This document shows, piece by piece, positions 26,102 through 32,000 of a stretch of DNA of 32,000 nt. The translations under genes were made by a program, and so were the position numbers. Every line of letters begins with the position of its first letter. Positions within the stretch are counted from its first letter, which is position 1. The stretch comes from Pseudodesulfovibrio piezophilus C1TLV30 (lineage in GTDB: Bacteria > Desulfobacterota > Desulfovibrionia > Desulfovibrionales > Desulfovibrionaceae): the NCBI RefSeq assembly GCF_000341895.1, contig NC_020409.1:900001-932000 (forward strand), read 5' to 3'. Under the pieces are notes generated by a model. The model was not told the origin of the DNA and made no database searches. It was given only the letters and a program-made list of their open reading frames with translations.

Positions 26102-27505
26102 TCAGACGTAGAGCAAAGTGACAATAACCATGGCTGCAAGGTAGAGACTCCCGAAAAGAGCCCCGAGTCCCCACCACCTGGCTTGCGAAATGAACCCTGC
26201 ACCATACCAGATGGGGGCCGGTCCTGTCGCATATGGAGTAATAACCCCCATGACCCCGAGACTCGCCGCGAGCATCAAAGCGATTCGCGGCAGCATGTCC
26301 GATGGCACTAATGGTCCGGCTATAGCCAGGAACAGAGGCAGAAGTGCGGTTGTGTGCGCAGTCGTACTGGCAAAGAAGTAATGAAGCACGAAAAAAAGGA
26401 GTATGAGCATGATCGCCACAGTCCCCGCAGGCAGACCTTGAAGATAGACGGAGACGAGATCACCAATCCATGTCAGCACTCCAGTTTTTTTCAACCCACT
26501 GGCCATTGCGACTAATGTGGCAAACCAGACCAGCACGTTCCATGCCCCCTTGTTGGTAATCACATCCTCCCATGTAATGATATCGCTCAAAACCATCAGA
26601 GTTAAAACAAAGACAGCTGCAACAGTACCATTGACACCAAACTGTTTTCCAAAAATCCAAAAGACGAGAGCAAGGACGGCATACCCAAGCATCAAAAATT
26701 CCTTGGAAGAAACAGGGCCCATCTTTCTCAATTCATCAGTGGCCCAGACCGGAGCCTCGGGAGACACTTTCTGCGTTGGTGGGTAAATCACATATGCCAG
26801 CCAGGGGGTCAGCAAAAAAAGCGGCAACATCGTCGGGATCATGATGGAGGCCCATTCTCCCCATTGCAAGCTGACGCCAAGCGATTGCTGGATCAAGTCC
26901 ACCGCCAGCAGATTCGGAGCCAAAGCGGTCAGGAACATGGAACTGGTTACACATGTGGAGGCAAAGGCGACCCAGCAGAGATACGCTCCCATTTTACGTG
27001 GGTTCTTATCTGCATATGAATCAAACATAGGTGGAATATTACTGGCAACAGGGTAGATGGTCCCCGCACTGCGAGCTGTATTGGAAGGCATGAACGGCGC
27101 AAGAACGGCATCGGAAAAGGCGACGGCATACCCAAGCCCGAGAGTTGATTTACCCAGATATTTAATAAGGATCAGGCTGATACGCTTTCCCAGCCCGGTT
27201 TTCTTGTATCCCAAGGCAAACATGAATGCAGAAAAAATGAGCCAGATCACACCATTGCCAAATCCCGATAACATCCAGTTCCGATTGACTGTCGCACTGG
27301 GGTCTACCAAGCCAAACATGGCCACGACCGCTACTCCGGCAAGCCCGACCAGAGCCGCAGGGACAGGCTCGACAATAAGTCCGACAACGACACCGACAAA
27401 AATAGCAAGGAAATACCAGGCCTGGGGAGTCAGTCCTTCCGGTGTCGGAAACAATGTCATAAGGACAGTAACAATAATTGGTGAAAATTTCTTGAGATAT
27501 TCCAC
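26102..27505 (-). CDS. DASS-family (SLC13-like) divalent anion/dicarboxylate permease
   Basis: 467 aa, GTG start with GGGAGGAG SD. N-terminus LTPQAWYFLAIFVGVVVGLIVEPVP is typical of the 2-oxoglutarate/malate, tartrate and citrate carrier group. Two SNT-like hairpin motifs (PSNTARS, ASTTAHT). Confidence 0.88.
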   Translation of the reverse strand: MEYLKKFSPIIVTVLMTLFPTPEGLTPQAWYFLAIFVGVVVGLIVEPVPAALVGLAGVAVVAMFGLVDPSATVNRNWMLSGFGNGVIWLIFSAFMFALGYKKTGLGKRISLILIKYLGKSTLGLGYAVAFSDAVLAPFMPSNTARSAGTIYPVASNIPPMFDSYADKNPRKMGAYLCWVAFASTCVTSSMFLTALAPNLLAVDLIQQSLGVSLQWGEWASIMIPTMLPLFLLTPWLAYVIYPPTQKVSPEAPVWATDELRKMGPVSSKEFLMLGYAVLALVFWIFGKQFGVNGTVAAVFVLTLMVLSDIITWEDVITNKGAWNVLVWFATLVAMASGLKKTGVLTWIGDLVSVYLQGLPAGTVAIMLILLFFVLHYFFASTTAHTTALLPLFLAIAGPLVPSDMLPRIALMLAASLGVMGVITPYATGPAPIWYGAGFISQARWWGLGALFGSLYLAAMVIVTLLYV

Positions 27506-27516
27506 AACTCCTCCCT

Positions 27517-27619
27517 ATTGAACCTGTCATTCAATAATTCACAGCCAAACGGTTCGGCTGCTCATTGTGTTTCTTAACTCAGTCTATGCAATCAATCAGT
27601 TAAGAAGACCACAGACTGA
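27517..27619 (-). promoter_or_regulatory. structured leader or operator region of the DASS permease gene
   Basis: ATTGAA-N7-TTCAAT hairpin abutting the SD (27517-27535). Imperfect 19-bp palindrome CAGCCAAACGGTTCGGCTG (27542-27560). Interleaved inverted repeats TTCTTAACT/AGTTAAGAA (27571-27579 / 27598-27606) and TCAGTCT/AGACTGA (27579-27585 / 27613-27619). Confidence 0.3.
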
Positions 27620-27775
27620 TCAACGCCCCCCTGTTTGATAAACTGATTCGAAAAACATTCAAAAATTCGGTTCATATACCCTTCAGTAATAACTTTTCAG
27701 AGTTCACAGACTCCTCCTGCATAGCATACTGTCTCGACAATTCCCATGGTTAGTTACATGATGCAGGACTCTCGA

Positions 27776-27809
27776 ACACAAAAAAGGTCTCCCGAAATCC
27801 GAAAGACCT
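27776..27809 (-). terminator. candidate intrinsic terminator of a short minus-strand transcription unit
   Basis: Minus strand reads AGGTCTTTC-GGATTTC-GGGAGACCT (9 bp including 2 GU) followed by TTTTTTGTGTT. Confidence 0.5.
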
Positions 27810-28129
27810 CAGAAGAACCATAGGCAAAAGAAAAAAAACTCAATGAAAATATGCTGAAATTTTCTGGAATAGGGATCCAGGCTTACATGCACCAGATGGA
27901 GCTGCTTGCCAACGACCTGAATTGATATGCAATGTCCGAGGAACTCAATATCACCAATGCTCAAATATTGCTGAAGAGGTGAGCTCAGCAAAGCGCCCAT
28001 CAAACTCCCCATATCCAGTCCACGCGGAACGATAAAAAATAAGCTCAAGCATGAGCACAATCATGGAACAAGTTGCTGCCATGACAGGAGGAATGTATTT
28101 AAGCATCTTTCTCTCGCAGGGCATCTTCA

Positions 28130-28456
28130 TTGGAAACGATATTTCATTATCGCGCCGAAGGTGTATTCTTCTTGGCGTCAGTCATAAGGAAAGGCCTCTG
28201 CTCAATTGCTGGCATTAAACCATTCACGGCTCGCTCCCTTCGGCACCATGTAGCAAGCCGACGAGCCTACACGAAAAAGTTTACCACTCGCCAACTGAAG
28301 AATTTACTGCACCACAAGACCGAAAAGACGACTGAAATTTACCTGCATGAACTTGGCGTGGATAAATCTCTCGCACAGAAGCTTGATACTCATTCAAACG
28401 AGAGCACGCATGACGGCATGCATAAGGCCTCAAAAGGCCAAAAGAAAACGGGTTAG
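28130..28456 (+). pseudogene. truncated tyrosine recombinase (phage-type integrase), C-terminal catalytic fragment only
   Basis: Retains GIKPFTARSLRHHVAS (HxLRH-like box) and LLHHKTEKTTEIYLHE (LGH...T..Y box with the catalytic Tyr). The roughly 200-250 N-terminal residues are absent, and upstream frames give only short broken ORFs. It abuts the 3' end of tRNA-Ser. Confidence 0.65.
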
Positions 28457-28475
28457 ACATACAGTCTAACCCGTT
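28440..28475 (-). terminator. rho-independent terminator of tRNA-Ser
   Basis: Perfect 12-bp stem AACGGGTTAGAC/GTCTAACCCGTT (loop 5 nt), 8 nt beyond the tRNA 3' end, with a minus-strand tail TTTTCTTTT. Confidence 0.7.
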
Positions 28476-28483
28476 GAATAGTC

Positions 28484-28575
28484 TGGCGGAGAGGAGAGGA
28501 TTCGAACCTCCGGTCCCCGTGAAGGGACACACGCTTTCCAGGCGTGCTCCTTAAGCCGGACTCGGACACCTCTCC
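28484..28575 (-). tRNA. tRNA-Ser (anticodon GGA)
   Basis: 92-nt class II tRNA on the reverse strand: acceptor GGAGAGG/CCTCTCC, anticodon stem CACGC/GCGTG with loop CTGGAAA, long variable arm TGTCCCTTCACGGGGAC, T loop TTCGAAT, discriminator G, encoded CCA. Confidence 0.93.
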
Positions 28576-28589
28576 GCGCTGAGAGGCAG

Positions 28590-28618
28590 TAACTAACTAA
28601 TATGAGACGGCATGGCAA
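28590..28618 (-). promoter_or_regulatory. candidate promoter of tRNA-Ser
   Basis: Minus strand reads TTGCCA (28618-28613), 17-nt spacer, TAGTTA (28595-28590). The -10 ends 14 nt before the tRNA 5' end. Confidence 0.35.
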
Positions 28619-28648
28619 GTAAAAAAAGAAAGAAATTTTCCCAATGAG

Positions 28649-29566
28649 TTACAATGGCAACTCAAGACTGCCCCGAAACTGTTCCAAACTGGAAGCTCCG
28701 ACTTTTTTCAGAAGTTTTTCCATTTCTTCAGCAAGTCCAAATGCAAAGTCAGGACGCAGGAAATTGGCTGTTCCGATCTGGACGGCATGGGCTCCGACCA
28801 AAATGAACTCCAAAGCATCCTCTGCCGATGCAATGCCGCCAATACCCACCACAGGGATATCCACAGCCTGTACCACCTGATGAACGCAACGAAGCGCAAC
28901 CGGCTTGATAGCCGGACCGGAAAGCCCGGCAATGACATTGGCGATACGCGGCTTGCGACAGTGGATATCCACAGCCATCCCGGAAAGAGTATTGATTAAG
29001 GACAAGGAATCCGCCCCTCCCTCGGCCGCAGCCCTGGCACAGACCACAATATCTGTCACATTGGGCGACAACTTGACCATCACATGCTTATCTCCCGCTC
29101 GCTTTTTCACAGCCTCGGTGACCTTACCGATCTGAGCCGGGTCCTGACCAAAGGCAATGCCGCCTTCCTTGACATTAGGACAGGAAACATTGACCTCAAG
29201 TGCAGCCACCCCCTCCTCTCCTGCCAAAACAGCGGCAAGCTCTCCAAATTCTTCGGCATCACATGCATAGAGGTTGGCGACGACGGCAACATCTTTTGAC
29301 TTGAGCGCAGGCAATGCCTGTCTTACAAAGCTTTCCACCCCTGGATTTTGTATACCGATAGCGTTGAGCATCCCACACGGAGTTTCAGCAATCCGAGGCA
29401 TGGGGTTGCCCTCTCGCGGCTTAAGCGAGATTCCCTTTGCGACAAGACCGCCAAGCTTTTCCAGATCACCATAGGGAGCGAATTCCAGGCCAAACCCGAA
29501 GGTTCCCGAAGCGGTCATGACCGGATTTTTAAGTTCCAGACCACCAAAAGAAACATTCATATTCAT
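28649..29566 (-). CDS. pyrD: dihydroorotate dehydrogenase, class 1B catalytic subunit
   Basis: 305 aa. LKNPVMTASGTFGFG, NAIGIQNPG, VSCPN, IGVGGI. GGGAG SD. 9 nt downstream of pyrK. Confidence 0.93.
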   Translation of the reverse strand: MNMNVSFGGLELKNPVMTASGTFGFGLEFAPYGDLEKLGGLVAKGISLKPREGNPMPRIAETPCGMLNAIGIQNPGVESFVRQALPALKSKDVAVVANLYACDAEEFGELAAVLAGEEGVAALEVNVSCPNVKEGGIAFGQDPAQIGKVTEAVKKRAGDKHVMVKLSPNVTDIVVCARAAAEGGADSLSLINTLSGMAVDIHCRKPRIANVIAGLSGPAIKPVALRCVHQVVQAVDIPVVGIGGIASAEDALEFILVGAHAVQIGTANFLRPDFAFGLAEEMEKLLKKVGASSLEQFRGSLELPL

Positions 29567-29575
29567 ATAAACTCC

Positions 29576-30361
29576 CTACAATTTCACTTTATCAGTCCAG
29601 AAGACGGGACCACGTGTACAGACCTGAATATGATGGTCATCGCCATCCTTGGTTACACATCCCAAACAGGCTCCCACTCCGCAAGCCATACGATTTTCAA
29701 GCGAGACCTGAGCCCTCGCACCGAACTCGTTGGCAAATTTCTGGACGGTCTTCATGAAAGGCGTTGGCCCGCATGAAAGAATCAAACCGTTTTTTTCTGC
29801 ATAACGCTTGATTTCTTCACGCATGAACTCGATAATACCCTGAAGATCCTGTGGCTGCTCTTCGAGCATACAGCTCCCGCAGACGGTCTTGGAAAGCTGA
29901 TTGTACGGGTAACATTCCAGTGGAAGACGATGGGCCATAAAAAGGCTCACATTGTCCGGTGCAGGATGATGCTCGACATAACCGCGAAAAGGTGCGATTC
30001 CGATGCCGCCCGCCAACAAAAGTGTCGGCGTGTCCGGTTCCATGGCAAAGGAGTTGCCAAGGGGACCCCAGATCGCCACTTCATCACCGGGTTTCAAGGT
30101 GGTGATACGTTCTGTTCCGCGACCGACCTTCTGAATAAAAAGCGTCAGCGAATTTTCATCGGCGGAACAGATGGAAAACGGCCTTGCCCAAATCAGATCC
30201 AAATCCCAGCCGGAGGGGCGGATCATGACAAACTGGCCAGGCTTCCACCCGTCCCAGTCCGGGTATTCAAGCCTGATTTCAAAAAATTCATCAGGCCTTT
30301 TTGATTGACCGACTGGGGAGACTTCCAATACTTTTACATTCCGGCAATTCCTCAAGGACAT
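29576..30361 (-). CDS. pyrK: dihydroorotate dehydrogenase electron-transfer subunit (FAD, 2Fe-2S)
   Basis: 261 aa from ATG 30361 (AAGGG SD). RPFSI FAD motif, GGIGIAP, C-terminal CGVGACLGC...C cluster motif. TTG 30382 is an alternative start that would overlap the divergent U32 start. Confidence 0.9.
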   Translation of the reverse strand: MSLRNCRNVKVLEVSPVGQSKRPDEFFEIRLEYPDWDGWKPGQFVMIRPSGWDLDLIWARPFSICSADENSLTLFIQKVGRGTERITTLKPGDEVAIWGPLGNSFAMEPDTPTLLLAGGIGIAPFRGYVEHHPAPDNVSLFMAHRLPLECYPYNQLSKTVCGSCMLEEQPQDLQGIIEFMREEIKRYAEKNGLILSCGPTPFMKTVQKFANEFGARAQVSLENRMACGVGACLGCVTKDGDDHHIQVCTRGPVFWTDKVKL

Positions 30362-30374
30362 CGATACAACCCTT

Positions 30375-32000
30375 ATGAGCAAAATTCATATTCCAGAAAT
30401 TATGGCCCCCGCAGGGGATTCCGCTTCCTATCTCGCCGCTGTCGCAGCCGGCGCAGATGCCATTTATGTCGGACTGAAACACTTTTCAGCCCGAATGCAG
30501 GCCACCAACTTTTCTATCAGCGAGCTCGCACAGCTGGCAAGCCTAGGCAGAGACCGCGGCACCAAGACCTACGTTGCCATGAACACCATGGTCAAGCCCA
30601 ATGACGTGGAATCAGCCGGACGGCTTATTGATCGTCTGCAAAAAACCGTCAAACCGTTCGCCCTCATTGTACAAGACCTCGCCATGCTGGAGCTGGCGAA
30701 ACAGGTCGGATATAGTGGCGAGCTTCACCTTTCCACCCTAGCTAACCTGAGCCATCCATCAGGCTTTGACGTCGCAAAAAAACTCGGCGTCAAGCGCATC
30801 GTCATCCCTCGTGAGCTGAACCTTGATGAGGTCAAGATGATGGCTGATGCGTGCCCCAAAGATTTGGACCTTGAAATATTCGTCCATGGGGCACTCTGCC
30901 ACTGTGTCTCTGGCCGCTGCTACTGGTCAAGCTATCTGGGAGGGAAATCAGGGCTGCGAGGACGCTGTGTGCAACCCTGCCGACGTTTATACACGCAGCA
31001 GAAACAGGATGCCCAACGCCTGTTCTCTTGTACAGACCTGTCCTTGGACGTCCTGACCAAACCACTGCTCTCCATGCCCAAGGTCACGGCCTGGAAGATT
31101 GAAGGCCGCAAAAAGGGTCCCCATTACGTTTATTACACGGTCCGTGCCTACCAGATGCTCCGGGACAATCCGCAGGATGCACAAGCAAAAAAAGCTGCTC
31201 AGGAGCTTCTTGAACAGGCCTTGGGACGCCCGTCCAGCCATTCCCTTTTCCTGCCCCAGCGCCCTTTTCAACCGATCCGTCCGGGTGAGGAGACAGGATC
31301 TGGCAGACTGGTTGGCGAGATCAAGCGCGACCAGAAAAAACTTTTCTTCCAACCCAGAGAACCGCTCAATCCAGGCGATGTCATCCGGGTGGGCTATGAA
31401 GATCTGCCGGGCCATCGCACCCTGTATATTCGTCGTCGAGTCCCCAAGCGCGGCCGTATGGATATCCCCTTCTCCAAGAAACCGGAAAACAACCGAATCC
31501 CAGTGGGGACAAAAATCTTTCTCGTGGATAGACGTGAGCCGGAACTGACCAAACAGATCAAGGAGCTTGAGGGCGAACTGGCCCTTTTCCCTGCGCCGAC
31601 ATCCAAGGAATCAACCTTTACGCCCACATGGCCAAAAACAGCCTCTCGTGCCAAAGTGAGACCCGAAAATATCATTGTCTCGCATACTCTGCCAAAAGGA
31701 CGGGTCCACGGCAAAAGCGCTTTCTGGCTGGAACGTTCCACCTTAAGCAAACTAGCCCGTGCTCTGGTTAATCGCTCCCAGTGGTGGCTACCTCCAGTTA
31801 TCTGGCCAGACGAAGACAAGAAAATACGCTCTCTCATCAAGGAAGCCGTCAAAAAAGGAGCCAGGGAATTTGTACTCAATGCTCCCTGGCAAGCCGGTTT
31901 TTTTGAAGATCGCAAAAATGTGACTCTCGTAGCTGGTCCTTTTTGCAATGCGTCTAACCGTCTTACGCTCAAGATCATGAAAGATCTGGGATGTTCATCT
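30375..32000 (+). CDS. peptidase U32 family protein (collagenase-like/U32 Fe-S family), 3'-truncated by the window end
   Basis: Not in the supplied ORF track. I translated 542 consecutive sense codons from ATG 30375 to position 32000 with no stop. N-terminus IPEIMAPAG matches the PELLAPAG consensus, and the U32 signature is EIFVHGALCHCVSGRCYWS followed by GRCVQPCR and WKIEGRKK. Confidence 0.85.
   Translation, partial: MSKIHIPEIMAPAGDSASYLAAVAAGADAIYVGLKHFSARMQATNFSISELAQLASLGRDRGTKTYVAMNTMVKPNDVESAGRLIDRLQKTVKPFALIVQDLAMLELAKQVGYSGELHLSTLANLSHPSGFDVAKKLGVKRIVIPRELNLDEVKMMADACPKDLDLEIFVHGALCHCVSGRCYWSSYLGGKSGLRGRCVQPCRRLYTQQKQDAQRLFSCTDLSLDVLTKPLLSMPKVTAWKIEGRKKGPHYVYYTVRAYQMLRDNPQDAQAKKAAQELLEQALGRPSSHSLFLPQRPFQPIRPGEETGSGRLVGEIKRDQKKLFFQPREPLNPGDVIRVGYEDLPGHRTLYIRRRVPKRGRMDIPFSKKPENNRIPVGTKIFLVDRREPELTKQIKELEGELALFPAPTSKESTFTPTWPKTASRAKVRPENIIVSHTLPKGRVHGKSAFWLERSTLSKLARALVNRSQWWLPPVIWPDEDKKIRSLIKEAVKKGAREFVLNAPWQAGFFEDRKNVTLVAGPFCNASNRLTLKIMKDLGCSS

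Noticed and set aside
27571-27619. H-type pseudoknot reading of the interleaved repeats in the DASS leader
   Set aside because: The A' and B' strands abut with a zero-length linker, and the A-B linker is only 6 nt. Both helices therefore cannot form simultaneously in a standard geometry. I kept it only as alternative helices or operators.
18067-28483. Search for a direct repeat of the tRNA-Ser 3' end (attR) to delimit an island
   Set aside because: Scanning the intergenic regions by eye, I found no copy of GAGAGGATTCGAACC-type sequence other than the unrelated T-arm of tRNA-Arg. The island boundary therefore stays undefined and needs a computational repeat search.
30987-31978. Two minus-strand track ORFs (142 aa and 194 aa) at the right end of the window
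   Set aside because: They are antisense to the unlisted but well-supported U32 peptidase frame (30375-32000, U32 signature present). Their products are Arg/Ser/Leu-rich shadow frames.
1-32000. CRISPR arrays, IS elements or transposases, retrons or reverse transcriptases, toxin-antitoxin pairs, known defence genes
   Set aside because: No regularly spaced repeats, no terminal inverted repeats flanking a transposase-like ORF, and no recognisable RT, nuclease or ATPase defence signatures. The patatin gene sits alone between LysR and thrC with no CD-NTase or other partner, so it was treated as a housekeeping RssA-like gene.

Overview
Gene-dense 32-kb chromosomal window, mid-range GC by eye. Gene content (hemerythrin, rubrerythrin-like diiron domain, a sigma54-type promoter, class 1B PyrK/PyrD) suggests an anaerobic Desulfovibrio-like bacterium, but that is inference only. 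Positions 1-17.6 kb are housekeeping: hemerythrin, tRNA-Arg(CCG), ubiX plus a UPF0173 hydrolase, uvrC, a major porin, hisD, purC, rpsF-rpsR-rplI-dnaB, a PaaK-like ligase plus DUF456, a CMD/LysR divergent pair, patatin, thrC and tlyA. Positions 18.0-28.6 kb look accessory. They hold an orphan ECF-type CbiO/CbiQ pair followed by a rhodanese::diiron fusion gene, a FadL-type outer-membrane channel, and a glycine-zipper membrane protein behind a sigma54-like promoter. Next come a secreted DUF4198 protein, an ASBT/BASS symporter, an ArsS-family radical SAM enzyme with a start-codon-poor upstream ORF, and a DASS anion permease with a structured leader. The block ends at tRNA-Ser(GGA), next to a truncated tyrosine integrase. 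pyrK-pyrD follow, then a U32 peptidase gene (30375 to the window end) that is missing from the supplied ORF track because it has no stop in the window. I saw no CRISPR array, intact mobile element, reverse transcriptase or recognisable defence gene. The best candidates for undescribed biology are the ArsS-like radical SAM module flanked by two secondary transporters with no arsM, and the S-component-less ECF module coupled to the rhodanese::diiron protein. Both are hypotheses from gene context. All product calls come from motif and family recognition by eye, with no database searches, and start codons were re-evaluated against SD sequences.
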